Assembly (NCBI GenBank): GCA_951406725.2
Contig: OX597814.1
Location: 930,001 to 994,000, forward strand
Length of the DNA stretch: 64,000 bases
Reading direction: 5' to 3'
Source of the DNA: Octopus vulgaris
Taxonomy: Eukaryota
The translations under genes were made by a program, and so were the position numbers. The notes beneath the pieces were generated by a model. It ran no database searches. It saw only the letters and a program-made list of their open reading frames with translations, and was not told the DNA's origin. Positions 1 to 14,251 of this stretch are shown here, in pieces; position 1 is the first letter of the stretch; each line of letters opens with the position of its first letter.

Positions 1-339
1 GTGTTTCCCAGCCATATGGTTCTGGGTTCAGTCCCAATGGACAGCACTTGGGGCAACCAAAGCCTTGGGACTAGATTTGCTAGACAGAAATTGAAAAAAG
101 TCTGTTGCATGTGTGTGTGTGTGTATGTGTCTTTGTGTCTGTGTTTGTTCCCCCACCACCATTTAATAACTGGTGTCAGTATATCTATGTTCCCATAGCT
201 TAGCAGTTCAGCAAAAAGAGACTGATAGAATAAGAATCAAGCTTTAAAAAATTAGAAGAACCTGGGTTAACTCATTCAGTTAGAATTCTTCAAAGCAGTG
301 CCCCAGCATGGCCGCAGTCTAATGGCTGAAACAAATAAA

Positions 340-911
340 TCGCAGTTGTGGCAGATACCGGCGTCACACAATTGGCACCTGTGCTGGTGGCACATAAAAG
401 TACCCCGATGTCATGCAAATGGTACCCGTGCTGGTGGCATGTAAAAGCACCCCGATGACATGCAAATGGTACCCGTGCTGGTGGCACGTGAAAAGCACCC
501 ATTACACTCTTGGAGTGATTTGATGTTAGGAAGGGCATCCAGCCATAGAAACCATGCCATATCAGATTGGAGTCTGGTGCAACCTTCCAGCTTGCCAGTC
601 TGGTCAAACCTATTTCTTTATTGCCCACAAGGGGCTAAACATAGAGGGGATAAACAAGGACAGACAAAGGGATTAAATCGGTTACATCAACCCCAGTGCA
701 TAACTGGTACTTTATTTACTGACCCCGAAAGGATAAAAGGCAAAGTCGACCTCAGCGGAATTTGAACTCAGAACGTAACGACAGACGAAATACTACTAGG
801 CATTTCGCCCGGCATGCTAACAGTTCTGCCAGCTCACCGCCTTCCAGCCTGGTCAAACGTCCAACCCATGCCAGCATGGACAATGGACGTTAAATGATAA
901 TGATGATGAAT
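340..911 (+). mobile_element. (GAT)n-tailed retroposon family B (probable RTE 3' UTR), interrupted by a family C SINE
   Basis: GTGCTGGTGGCACGTAAAAGCACC units, AGGAAGGGCATCCAGC motif, CGTTAAATGATGATG tail. The inserted SINE (610-843) is flanked by CCAG(T/C)CTGGTCAAAC direct repeats. Confidence 0.85.
610..843 (-). mobile_element. tRNA-derived SINE family C
   Basis: Minus strand has GGCGGTGAGCTGGCAGAA (A box), GAGTTCAAATTCC (B box), a CCTTTCGGGGTC...AGTACCAG core and an AAAGAAATA tail, with a ~15-bp TSD. Other copies near 16320-16700, 20465-20865, 37716-37845 and 39220-39430. Confidence 0.85.
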
Positions 912-1241
912 TCACACCCACTCTCTCTCTCTCTCACACCCTTCCCCCTACACAAAGGTGTACAACAAACAGTGAAGAACACCAGGTTTGATGGCCTAAT
1001 CTTGGTGAAGATACAAAAAAAATTTGCCAGGTCTTGTGACTTGTATGTTAAGATCATATTTAAAAACAACCACTGCAATGATAAGCAGCCTGAACCCTGA
1101 CCCCTATTAAAGATTACATATGGCCTGGGGATACAGATGAGATGCTGTAAATGTGTTGAGTGTAGTTGACTTGGTCAACCCTTTAACAGAAGCCAAAAGC
1201 TTTTTGAAACTTTGGTGTTCCAAAGACAGTCAGACTCAAAT

Positions 1242-1848
1242 TTAACCCTTTACCATTCAGATTATTCTATCAAAACGTAATCCTTTTTTTATTCACATTG
1301 TTTTGAGTTTATCATGTACTAGCAGTATCGCCTGGCGTTGCTCGGGTTTGTTTTGACCCTTTAGAATTGGAATTTTTGAAAAGTAAAAATTTCACATTAT
1401 GTAGCTTGTTATTCTCTTTAAGTGAACATTTTCCTGGTTGAAATACATCGAAAAATGGCGACACAGCAGTCAAAAAATCATAAAAAATAGGGATTTTCAT
1501 ACAAAAAAAGCACTTTTTGATGTAAATAATTTTTGATGTTAACATGGTCCAATTTGAATTTTTTCTTCTACGGAAGGAAGAGCAAGTCTTCTTCTATCAT
1601 ACTCTCAATTTTGGTCAACTTGCACCGCAGGGTCTCGGAGGAGATAGCGTTAGTTGAAGGCTACCAAACCTGCCATACACAGACAACTTCAGCTTTATAT
1701 ATAGAGAGATAATGTCATAGCTTTGAGATTTTCTGTTTTCACAACGGCATTATGGGGTAAGTGTGAGAGGCCAGATCACACCAGTTTGAACAGAAAACAG
1801 GTAGAAAATCTTGTCTGGATATGGCAGGTTTAAACGCTGAAGATTTAA
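1242..1848. mobile_element. piggyBac-like MITE (TTAA|CCCTTT) hosting a Helitron
   Basis: Starts TTAACCCTTTACCATTCAG; same family as 57944-58148; right end is degenerate. Confidence 0.55.
1319..1709 (-). mobile_element. non-autonomous Helitron
   Basis: Minus strand: A|TCTCTCTATATATAAAG ... CCCGAGCAACGCCAGG hairpin ... CTAG|T; no TSD; highly similar to 40562-40961 and 48822-49212. Confidence 0.85.
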
Positions 1849-2569
1849 TACGATTTTTTTTTAGAGAAAAATCCCAACATTCTAACACAGGTAAAGGTGA
1901 ATGAATTTTTGCTGATAATCAGACAGGTGAAAACATTTACCTTTTTGTTACCATAGTTCTATTCTTCCTTTGTTTCAATTAATTTTGAAAACAGTGAAGA
2001 ATTCACGAAAAAAAAAGAACTGTCCTTAAGCTAGTGTTGGAACCTAAAATAACATGAAATTTCGATGAAAGATTATAATTTCGGTCACTTTAAAACAAGA
2101 AGAATGTTTCACAGAATCAGGATGGGTTCAGACAGTGGCATCGAACAATAAACCAATATTCCAGACAGTGAAAGACTTTAAATGGTTGAAATTGCAAGAA
2201 AACTGAAGTTCCTCTCTATAGTCTAAAATATAATGATGCAACAGAGAGAATTCTAGAAAAACAATCACGTCTGCATTAAAAAGTTACAGCAAATTATTTG
2301 AAAAGTTTAACGAGCATTTGCATAATGTCACTTTCAGTTATTTGGTGCAAGTCTGGAATCTCCAGGAAAGGAATTATTTGGCAGACAAGAGTAACAGCAA
2401 ACTCTTTTTTTTTCTTTCTTAGTCTAAGAGATTGAAAAAATGCTTTGTTGCAGTGAAATGACATTTATTGCAGAAGCATCTTAACATTTTCTGATTGATT
2501 TGAACAGAAATACGGCTGAGGCGAAACAAGAAGAGATAAAAACTCGGTCGTTTGACATATAGCTTCTAC

Positions 2570-2880
2570 ATCATCATCATCATCATCATCATTTAACATC
2601 CGTTTTCCATGCTAGCATGGATTGGATGGTTCGATCGGGGTCTGGGAAGCCAGGAGGCTGCACCAGGCACCAGTCTGATCTGGCAGTGTTTCTACAGCTG
2701 GATGCCCTTCCTAACACCAACCACTTCGTGAGTGTAGTGGGTGCTTTTTAAGGGCCACCGGCACAGGGGCCAGGGGAGGCTGGCAACAGCCACGATCAGT
2801 TAGTGCTTTTACGTGTCACCGACACGGACACCAGTCACGTGGTGCTGGCATCTGCCACGTTTGGACGGTGCTTTTATATG

Positions 2881-2911
<31 letters not shown>

Positions 2912-3142
2912 ATGTATATATTTGTGTGTCTATGTTTGTCCCTCCAGCATCGCTTGACAACCGATGGCGGTGTGTTTACATCCCCCGTAACTTAGCAGTT
3001 TGGCAAAAGAGACCGATAGAATAAGTGCTAGGCTTACAAAGAATAAGTCCTGGGGGTCGATTTGCCCGACTATAAGGCAGTGCTCCAGCATGGCCGCAGT
3101 CAAATGACTGAAACAAGTAAAAGAGTAAAAAAGGGTAAGAGT
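2570..3142. mobile_element. family B fragment (-) joined to the 3' half of SINE family A (+)
   Basis: (CAT)n tail and GGATGCCCTTCCT motif, then (TA/TG)n and a ...GACTGAAACAAGTAAAAGAGTA tail. Confidence 0.8.
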
Positions 3143-4051
3143 ATATCCGTCATCGTCATCATCATCATCGTTTTAGCATCTCCTTTCCCATGTTTGTATG
3201 GGTTGAACGGAATTCGTCAAAGCGGGTTTTTTTCAGCTGAGTGTCCACCCAGTCACCAAACCTCGCTTGTTTTCAAGCGAGGCAATATTTTCTCTTGGTC
3301 AGACATGAATTTACAGAAAACTGGAAACGAACAACATTACTTGTAATGTGTCTTTGTTCACAACCATTACATGCTGTCAAGACAAGGTGGGTGTGTGGGG
3401 GGACACACATATTTAGACATATATGCCAAAAGATGCCTGACAGTAAATCAAAATTCCACAAATACAATCTGTAATTCTGTATTGACTCAAGAAGGACTTC
3501 AGTTTGAACAATTTCCTGATGTTTCGTATTTAGATGCTTTTATTAAATTCATTCAGTTTTTAAAGATAAATAAATCTTGGAATTAAATGGTTATGGTTTA
3601 CTGTCAGCTGACTTTTGGCCAACCCTGTATGTGTGTGTGTGTGAGTGTATGTATGTCTAAATATGTGTGTGTGTGTATATATATATATATATTTACATTA
3701 AGGACATTACTGCATGTAAATACATGCCCTTAATGTAAATATATATATTGAAAGAGAATAATTATAAATTTTTCCCTTATGAGGTTCTCACACTGACTAT
3801 TTGATAAATTCTTGTAAAGATTTTATTCTATTTTATATATATATATATATACATACATACATACATACATACATACATACATACATACACAAACACACAT
3901 ACATAAGCTTCTTTTCAGTTTTCATGTACCAAATCCACTCACAGCCAAGGGTTATAACAGAAAACATTTGCCCAAGGTGTTGAACTGAAAATCACACGGT
4001 TCGAAGGCAAGCTTCTTAACTACACAACCACGTTTGCACCTGTCAACTTTA

Positions 4052-4760
4052 CCTGTGCATATATCCTTCTGATGTGAGGGTAGCAATGCTGTTTTCACCG
4101 AATTTTCCGAAGACAACAATCCACTGATAGGTAACCGAGAAGAGTAGGTCACAAGTGGATCTCACTTTACAGAAATTGTACTAGCGGCCATGAGAGAGGG
4201 AGGGAGAGAGAGAGCGGGAGGCAGAAGGGGAGAAGAAGAGAGATTCAAGTTGTTGGTGAGCATTATTGTTAATGACAGTGTCCATTACCTGAGAGATATT
4301 GGAAGGGAGTGCAAAGACAAAAGGGTTACCTTTCTTGGAAATAGGACTTACCATTGACCATTACCAAAAGATCAGAGCAGATTTCTGTAGCAAGGTGACA
4401 GGTGAGAAATGGAAGTGTCTGGTGAGTGTAAGAGGTAACATTGGGAGTAGGGGTAAGTTCAGGGTTCTAGTATAATGAAAGGGAGAACGGCTATGAAGGC
4501 TGGACCTTGATGCCTCCCTACAGAAATCCCTGGATGGGTTCTACATCAGAATGCTTGGTGCAATAGGAACTTTGACAGCCAATGTTGACAGAACACCTGT
4601 ACATATGTGCAGGGCTGAGCAAGATCTTTTGAGAAAGACAGACAGGTGCCAATCTGGGCTGACAGAGCTTGGCACTACAGTGTCACCACAGGTGTTACTG
4701 TCAGAATGCAATGAGCCAGAACAGATGCCACAAGACATCTCATCCAACCACAAAATAGTT
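4052..4760 (-). pseudogene. decayed Jockey/CR1-like LINE reverse transcriptase fragment
   Basis: Minus-strand peptides KVRSTCDLLFSVTYQW...FGEN (cf. RSTGDLL...FGE..VALDISKAFD) and SSVSPDWHLSVFLKRS (cf. SGPDGIP..FLK); multiple frameshifts. Confidence 0.4.
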
Positions 4761-7573
4761 CTACCAATCCACCATTCTAGATAGGTACCTTTTTTATCAA
4801 CCCCTGGAAAGATAAAAAGATAAACCTGACCTTGAAGAGATTTGAACTCAGCCACCCAAAGGGTTAGCACCAGAATGTGTAGAGCCAGCAACAAGTGTCT
4901 GTATCTGGTGGTTACCAGAGTTGAGTGAAAAAAATAGCAGTTACAAGAGTGTGGTTGGCTGGTCACTGCTTGAGACACCAACAACTCTTTCCTGACCAGT
5001 TGGTCAGCTGGGGACATGGGAACTAAAAGAATGGCATTGCCAGAAAGGGCATCCCATTCCCACATACATCAATGTATTATAGAAAGATGTAGAAGAGGAT
5101 ACTACCAAGGAGTTAACAAGGCATTTGGAGGACGGTTGAAGACAACACTGGAGGATTCATCTAAGAATGACCTTAATAATAATAATAATAATTATAATAA
5201 GAGCACTCAGAGAGCGCAAACCTCCGCCAAGGCAACACCAATGTCCTCTCAATGATTAGCTGGAGATGATTTTTAAAATGAGAATATCTGAAATAAACTT
5301 GACTGCTCTCACAAATGAGAATTCTAAAAATGAACCTGACCACTCTCAAAAATTAAGTAAAAATACAGGAAAAAATAATCCAGAATTATGTGTGGTTAAA
5401 ATAGTTAGCTTCCCAACCACGTGGTCTCAGGTTCAGTTCCACTCCATGGCACCTCAGGCAAGATCTTATGAGGGGATTTGATAGAGCGAAACTAAAAGAA
5501 GCCCATCGCATGTATATAAATATGTGTCCTTGACCAGACATTACATGACTGTAAATGAGCAAGGTGCCACGCAGTGGGACTGAACCCGGAATCTTGTGGT
5601 TGGGAAGCAAGCTTCTTACCACACAGCCACTCCTGCACCTAATGATGATGATGATTTCTTAGATCATTGGAAGTTGACCCCCGCTCCCCATTATATGACT
5701 GGTACTTGATTCTCCCTCACAGAAGAATGGAAAACATGTTTGTAATGGCCACATAATCGCGTCAATAGGATCAATTCCAATATTTGATTGGTACTTGGAA
5801 ATGGAAAATACCTGTAGCACCACCACTGCCTCCATCACTGCTGCTGCAGCTGCGGCGCGGAATTTAGCAAATGCTTCGATATTGATAGAGGACACCAGTC
5901 ACTCACACAACCTTCCATCACGACATAAAGAGACTAGGCTGAAAAAAGCGTGAATGATGTTCTCTCCGCATACCGACATTTTGTGTACCAATATCGAAAG
6001 ATCGCATGTCCGTTAGTCCATTGAAAAAGCAAAGACCCCTCCCACAAGCATCATAAAAGAAACTACTTTAAATCTTGTTTTACCCGATAATAAAACATTT
6101 TTCTTATAAACACGTGTATGGGATTAAGTGGTCGCTCGAAATATTAGAAATAGCAACCAAATCGTACTTTATTATCTTAGAAAGAAGAACAATATAAAGA
6201 CCGAGATGGGCAGAAGAAGTGTGCAGCTAACTTCATTTTCCCATAACTTTCTTTAAAATGTAGATTTATATTTCATTAAAATTTTCAGTAGAAACATTTT
6301 ACGCATAGATTAAGATCATGTCTGTGTGTTTAGGGGGTGATTCATTTTTTTTTTCATCTATCAATCTATTTACCACTTAACAGAATTGTGCTAAATGTAG
6401 GTTTCTCAATGAAATTTTCGAAAGGTATGTTTTAAAGATGTAGGAATGGTCCTGGTTGGAGCGCTAGTAAATGTTTTTTTCTGCTCAACGAGAACTGGCC
6501 TCCGTCTACAGAAATAATAACAACAACGTGTACAGACCACAAAGACATGTGCAGGATACACATGTCTATACATACTGTGAGGAGGATTAAGGCCAACTGA
6601 AATCGTTCTAAATCACAAACCAGCAATGGTCCACCTTTCACCCTTCTATTGTCCGGCTGGACATCATTAAAACCTAATGAACGTGGAGAATAACAGATTA
6701 AAAATTTAATTTTCCTCTAGTCCACCCTTAAGCTACCGGGACCACTGTTCTAAAGTAGTACCCATATATTAAACATAAATTATTCGTTTTTAACAGCGAA
6801 ACTCGAAGCAGATAAAGCTACAAATAATAACGTGTAGTTATTGGATTAAAAACCGTTTTGAATAGACAAAGTCGAAGGCTGCCCGTGGCGCAAATAAATT
6901 ACATTAAATATAACATATTTTTAAAAAATTCATTTAACCTTAAATAGTAGAAGGTAATTTATGCAATAAATATAAGTACAACGGAAGAAAAAAAACCTTA
7001 AAATTTTCAACACTTTAAATTCAATTTTATATTACAAAAAAATTTGTTATAATTTACAATTTTTACTAAGGTAAATCTGGTCGGGGGTTAAAAAGGCAAA
7101 AAACAAACTTTGTGGTACCCAAACCCAAAACACGTGCTTGCTTGGTTTAATTACATTGAATTAGTTCATCCGAGACTCCCCCCCCCCGTATAAAACTTAG
7201 TTGCGATTAACTAAAGGACGGGGTCTGTAGGATATCACATGAAATGGTTAAATTAACAACCGTATGTCCCTTAAAATGCTTCATGCAGTCTTGAAACAGA
7301 AAGGGTAGCGTAGTTTTAAAATAAGTTGCTTGAAAGAGTATAGAGTCACAACTGCTTTTTGTCAGAGGCCGACAGGATGAGGGCTGACTTGGGGTTAAAC
7401 AAAAACATTGTGTAAACGTGTGTCGTTGTAACCTCGCTCAGGTGGGACGATGTTGTTTTTACGACGTTGCTGTGCAATCCCAGGTTTACAGGGTGTGTGG
7501 TGACACCCCTACTATTATCAGTATTTACAGACGTTAAAATATTCTCTTACATGTTACTCCAATAATCCCATAT

Positions 7574-8108
7574 AGTACATCCCGTTGATGGTCACATAGT
7601 GACAGTCGGTCGAAAATCGAGTGTAGGTTTGAGGCATCGATAAATTGATTATAATCTTCGTAAATAAAGTTTTACTAGTTATCCTACAGATCGAGAGATG
7701 TGATTTGGGGACGGTTCGGTAAATTTGTTAGGGCGATGTTGGACTAGATGCCTGATGTCGAACCAAATTATGGCTCTTCACGTTTTAAGATCGAATTTCA
7801 CAGACGTAAAAGTCAGGGTCGATAAACTACATTGCCGGTCACAAACCATGAATCAAGTTAATATTTCTACGAGACATCCAAGATGTGAAGGGAGTCATAA
7901 TAAAAGATCCAAGGCACAGAATAAAGCAACGATAATATTCGGAGATGAGTGCCATAGATCGAGCGGGGTGGAGGGCATACAGAAGTTGTGGGCTGCAAAT
8001 GGTTGAGATGATTATATGCAATCTAAAGGTATTGTCATGGAAGAACAATTTTTAAAATGCTGAGGAGAATAATTTTTAAAAAGCAACTACAACCCATCTT
8101 GGGATGTA
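7574..8108 (-). mobile_element. decayed, internally deleted mariner-like element
   Basis: Imperfect TIRs GTACATCCC..GATGG / CCATC..GGGATGTAC. The ORF track shows FFHDNTFRLH and LHPARSMALISEY, resembling mariner HDNARPH and HPPYSPDLAPSDY. Confidence 0.45.
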
Positions 8109-8227
8109 CAAATGTCTGCAACATTGCTCTCGTGTTATGCGATGATGCTTTTTCCCACACTTACAAAACATGATAATAACAATAATAATGGTATGTGTTA
8201 ATACGTAATATATATATATTGACTTAC

Positions 8228-8262
8228 TCTGAGATATTTTTACCGCTCAGTATCGAAGCCAT
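8228..8262 (-). CDS. MTHFD1: candidate first coding exon of MTHFD1-like C1-tetrahydrofolate synthase (FolD-type N-terminus)
   Basis: ATG GCT TCG ATA CTG AGC GGT AAA AAT ATC TCA GA|GTAAGT = MASILSGKNIS(E/D) with a consensus donor. Resembles human MAPAEILNGKEISA with a phase-2 intron at the equivalent position (from memory). Lies in a CpG-retaining zone. Only 11 codons, and exon 2 was not found in the window. Confidence 0.55.
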
Positions 8263-9145
8263 AGCTGAAATGTGATGGAGATTAAGAGAGAGGTTAATAG
8301 TTTTAGAAAGTTTCACGAAACAACAACGAGATGTTGCTAACTTTAATCCTCCACCGCTGGTCGGGTAGAGCTGGGTCACAGAGAGAGAGAGAGGGGTGTG
8401 TGTGTAAAATATGTGATTGATGTAGCGCTGGTTGGTTGTGTGTGACCCAGTAGTGGGAGGTGGGGTTGCATACGACTGGGAAATAATGATTTAAAGGGGG
8501 CGGGAACGAAAGGTCATTCTTATCTGTTTGTTTATACACACACACACACGTATAGCAGTGCTACACACACAACTTGGATGTGTGTGGTACAGTTTGATGT
8601 TCACCGTAATCTAGTCACAAACGGAGAAATATTGACAAGAACATATATACGTGCAGATACATATATTCCCAGACGAACATATATACATAAATAAACAAAT
8701 GTTGACGCACATACACACACGAAATATACACCGCATTCATACATGCGCATGTCGGTGCCGTGTGGTCGAATGGTTTAGAAGTTCAGTTTGCAACCATGAG
8801 GCCCTGCGATCGATCTCACTGCATAGCGCTTTGGACAACTATTTTCTTTTTATAGCTTTGGGTCACCCCATATTTTATGAATGAAACTGGGCAGATGGAA
8901 ACTACATAGAAACCAATCAGAGGAGAGTGTCCCTAGAGTTCAAAGGAACAGCTTTCTTACACACTGTGTTATGATGATTCTAGTTGAGAATTATGGTAAA
9001 GTCACATCTATCCGTGGAATATTCAACCACTTACACGGTAATCCAACAAGTTGATTCAGCTGATTGAACAAAATATAGGAGAATTTGTTGTTGAAAGTGT
9101 AACTAAATTTGAAAAATTTGTAATTGTTTTTCAATAAATTTACTT

Positions 9146-9410
9146 ATCATCATCATCATCATCATCGTTTAACGTCCGCTTTCCATGCTAGCATGGGTTG
9201 GACGGTTCAACTGGGGTCTGGCAAGCCCGAAGGCTGCACCAGGCCAGTCAGATCTGGCAGTGTTTCTACAGCTGGATGCCCTTCCTGACGCCAACCACTC
9301 CGAGAGTGTAGTGGGTGATTTTATGTGCCACCGACACAGGTGCCAGACGAGGCTGGCAGACGGCCATGCTCGAATGGTGTTTTTTATGTGCCACCGACAC
9401 AGGTGCCAGA
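9146..9410 (-). mobile_element. family B retroposon 3' fragment
   Basis: (CAT)n-CGTTTAACGTCCGCTTTCCATGCTAGC...GGATGCCCTTCCT. Other copies at 13785-13955, 23392-23523, 36715-37048, 43487-43693, 48065-48270 and 62083-62368. Confidence 0.85.
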
Positions 9411-9537
9411 CTAGTTTCAACAATAATTTTTGTTTATCAATGATAAAAATTTAAAATTATGATTTAGAAAAACATGTTTAAAACATTCAATGTTTGCAAG
9501 TTTTAATAATATCAAATATGATTTAAATGTTCACAAC

Positions 9538-9923
9538 AGCGCAAGAGTGACTGTGTGGTAAGTAGCTTGCTTACCAACATGATTCCAGATTCAGTCCCAC
9601 TGTGTGGCATCTTGGGCAAGTGTATTCTACTATAGCCTCGGGCTGACCAAAGCCTTGTGAGTGGATTTGCCAGGCGGAAACTGAAAGAAGCTCGTCGTAT
9701 ATATGTGTGTGTGTGTATATGTTTGTGTGTTTGTGTTTGTCCCCCTAGATTTGCTTGACAACCGATGCTGGTGTGTTTATGACCCCCCGTCACTTAGTGG
9801 TTCGGCAAAAGAATAAGTACTAGGCTTACAAAGAATAAGTCCCAGAGTCGATTTGCCCGACTAAAGGTGGTGCTCTAGCATGGTCGCAGTCAAATGACTG
9901 ATACAAGCAAGAGAGTAAGAGTA
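9538..9923 (+). mobile_element. tRNA-derived SINE family A (CORE-like CTTGGGCAAGT body)
   Basis: TGTGTGGTAAG A box, TTCAGTCCC B box, internal (TA/TG)n and an AAGAGTA tail. Confidence 0.9.
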
Positions 9924-10084
9924 TGCAATAGTATAAAAAATATGGATCATCTTGTTTAAATGCACAAAATGTTGATGCACATACACATACAAAATATGCA
10001 TGCAGGCACATACATGTGCATCTTGGTGCAGTATATATATATATATAATTTAAGAGTATCCTTCAATCATTGGGCAATAAACTG

Positions 10085-10553
10085 CGATTGCGAAGACCTG
10101 TTGAGGCAAGTGAAGTCATTGTCATGGCTGATGACGGTACCAGCTGACTGGCACCCATGCTGGTGGTATGTAAAAAGCACCATTCGAGCATGGTCAATGC
10201 CAGTGCTGTCTGACTGGTCCCGTGGTGGTGGTGGCATGTTAAAAGCACCATTCCAGCGTGATCATTGCCAGTGCCACCTGACTGGCTCCTGTGCCAGTGG
10301 TACATAAAAAGTACCATTTGAGCATGGTCGATGCCAGTGCAGGCTGACTGGTTCTTGTGCTGGTGGTACGTAAAAAGCACCCATTACACCCTTTGAGTGG
10401 TTAGTGTTAGGAAGGGCATCCAGCTGTAGAAACTCTGCCAGATCAAGATTGGAGCCTGGTGCAGCCTCCTGGCTTGCCAGTCCTCAGTCAAACCGTCAAA
10501 CCCAAACCAGCATGGAAAACAAATGTTAAATAATGATATGATGATGATGATGA

Positions 10554-10557
<4 letters not shown>
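10085..10557 (+). mobile_element. family B retroposon with an internal ~55-bp minisatellite
   Basis: Repeated GTGCTGGTGGTACGTAAAAAGCACCATTCGAGCATGGTCGATGCCAGTGC units and a (GAT)n tail. Confidence 0.85.
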
Positions 10558-10620
<63 letters not shown>

Positions 10621-10689
10621 AATTTTGGAACTAAATGTTAATTAGTGTGTTGAGTAAAGCACGGTCACAGTTTTGAGCAACCTGGTGTA

Positions 10690-11062
10690 ATCTACGATGC
10701 TGGATCACAGACATAGCATTTCCAGCTGACAACAAGGTATGTGATAAGGAAGAAGGAAAAGTTGATAGATATGACAGGTTAGCTTGGGAGGTAAAGCAGT
10801 TGCGGTCATGATAAAGGTAGCAGTAGTACCAATGACTGTTGGAGCCCTGTGAACAGTGAGCAAAAAAAAAATCTCGCGAAGTACGTGGGACAAATAGGGC
10901 CTGCAATAAGGGTGGAGCACTTCCAGAAAACAGCACTGCTTGGAATCGCTCAAATACTCCGGAAGGTGCTCGAAAAATAAGGGGTGTTACCTTAGTTTAC
11001 TGGTAGTGAACAGCTGACACCGTAATATATCTCCAACATTAGAAGCTGAGCAAAGGCAATGT
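10690..11062 (+). mobile_element. R4/Dong-like non-LTR element 3' end (decayed REL endonuclease plus 3' UTR)
   Basis: Translates CWITDIAFPADNKVCDKEEGKVDRY...VVPMTVGAL...QKTALLGIAQILRKVLEK*, followed by (TAA)n. Confidence 0.7.
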
Positions 11063-11130
11063 AATAATAACAACAACAACAATAACAACAGCAACAACAA
11101 CAATAATAATAACAACAATAATAATAATAA

Positions 11131-11975
11131 TCAGAAACAGAAGGGTTTATTATAGCAGCTGAAGATCAATGCCTATCTACAAGGAACTACCAGGCCAACA
11201 TATTAAAGAACGGCAGTAGCCCAACATGTCGTGTATGCCGACAACAAAATGAAACCATTGACCATGTTGTCTCCAAATGCAGTCTTCTAGCGCCTACAGA
11301 GTATCTCAACAGACACGATAGAGCTGCACAATATATTCATTGGGTAATTTGCAAAAACCTTGATTTGCCCCATGAAAAAAACTGGTGGGAACACAAACCA
11401 CCCCCAGTGCTTGAAAATGACCACATCTCACTCCTCTGGAACTTCACCATTCAAACTGACAGGAAGATAGATGCAAATAGGCCAGACATCATATTGAAAG
11501 ACTTCAGACAAAGAACATGCCTCCTCATTGATATGACTGTCCCAATCGATATAAACGTATCTGTCAAGACCTACCAAAAACTGAGCAAATATAAAGATCT
11601 TGAAATAGAAATCAGCAAAATGTGGAAGCTGAAGACTAAAACAATACCTGTTGTCATAGGTGCCCTGGGAATGATAGCAAAAGGGGCTGATTGCTACCTT
11701 GTTCAGATACCAGGAAACCCCAGAATGGCAGAAATTCAAAAGATAGTACTCATGGGAACTGCCCATATCCTACATAAAGTACTGTCTATGTTCTCTCAAA
11801 TGTTAAAACAAACTCATAATTTTCTTATGTTTTCTTAAACACACTCAAGAACAATATTATGTGCAAAACCAAATATATGACACCCTAAGCATAACACCAA
11901 ACTTGTTGTCTCTTGAGGTCTCTGGGTGAGACTTGGAACCAACTTCTATAAATGCAAAGCAAAAGTCAAACATAA
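11131..11975 (+). mobile_element. 5'-truncated R4/Dong-clade retrotransposon (CCHC knuckle plus REL endonuclease)
   Basis: Open frame from 11131: SETEGFIIAAEDQ...CRVC...ETIDHVVSKC...RHD...NRPDIIL...IDMTVP...KLSKYKDL...PVVIGALG...QKIVLMGTAHIL. Flanked on both sides by (AAT)n. Confidence 0.9.
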
Positions 11976-12198
11976 AATAATAATAATGATAATAATAATA
12001 ATAATAACAACAACAACAACAATAATAATAATATTAATAATAATAATAATAATAATATTCTGTTGTGTCTGGGGAGAGTCATTCTCTTTTAGTGCCTTAT
12101 TATTTAACACTCACCGGTAAAATCTCCACTTATTTCTTATTTTTTTATTTTCTAAAATTTTCAGTGCATCTTGCAACCTTTTCAATAGTCTTGACTAT

Positions 12199-13260
<1,062 letters not shown>

Positions 13261-13487
13261 ATTGTCTTAACTGGTACATCACACGTATTGAGAAGAGCAT
13301 TGTCGATGTGAGAACTGTTGCTGCTCATGTATTTTAATTTAACTTAAAAAAAAAAAAAAAAAAAATGAACGAACTACTGAGTTTGGTTTAATGGCCTACC
13401 AATATATACACTATGAGTTTCTTTGCCCTAGGAGTCGGGAAGACACTCGGCAAGAAATGGAAGAAAATTTGAAAGAAGAAAAAAAAG
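13261..13487 (+). mobile_element. third R4/Dong-like 3' terminal fragment
   Basis: IVLTGTSHVLRRALSM* (cf. IVLMGTAHILHKVLSM) plus 3' UTR, bounded by TAA repeats. Confidence 0.65.
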
Positions 13488-14251
13488 TAATAATAATAAT
13501 AATAATAATAATTCAGCTTTTGCCAAACAACCTGCACAAATGATTTGATTTATAGAGATCAAATGTTTGTGCTGCACATTAGATACTCTCTATTAAATCA
13601 ACATTGCCTGAACAGGTGTACAGGTGTGCCATGCGTCAGGTGTCAAAGTGATCGCAGAGCAATGTGGGATGAAGTGTTTTGCTCAAGAATACGATGCACC
13701 ACCCGGTCTAAGAATTAGAATCACAATCACCAGATTGTGAGCGCAACACCCTAACCACTGGGTTATGCGCTCTACCTATGTATATCATCATCATCATCAT
13801 CATCACCATTGTTTAACATCTGCCTTCCATGCAGGCATGGGTTGGACGGTTTGACAGGGGATGGCCAGGCTGGAGACTGCACTAGAGTTCTGTGTCTGTT
13901 TTGGCGTGGCTTTTACAGCTGGATGCCCTTCCTAACACCAAGTACCCAGCAGAGTGGACACACACACACACACATGTGAGTGTGTGTGTCTCCACTCTGC
14001 TAGGTGATTGGTATGTGTCTATATGCAAACACAGACACACATACATACATATATACCATAGGCTCTTTCCAGTTTCCATCTATCATATCCGTTCACAAGG
14101 CATTGTTTGGCCAGGAACTATGGTAAAAAACAAGGTGCTACACAGTGGGACTGAACCTGAAACCATATAGTTGGGGAGCAAACTTCTAAACCACACAACC
14201 ATGCCTGTGCCATACTGGTTTTAAATAAATTTACAACATACAAACAGTTGG

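Noticed and set aside
4052-4175. Exon-like segment with AG/GT boundaries
   Set aside because: Its translation fits a decayed LINE RT motif better than MTHFD1 exon 2.
5812-5896. MTHFD1 exon 2 (85 bp ending LQ)
   Set aside because: No AG acceptor at that position, and the peptide does not resemble MTHFD1.
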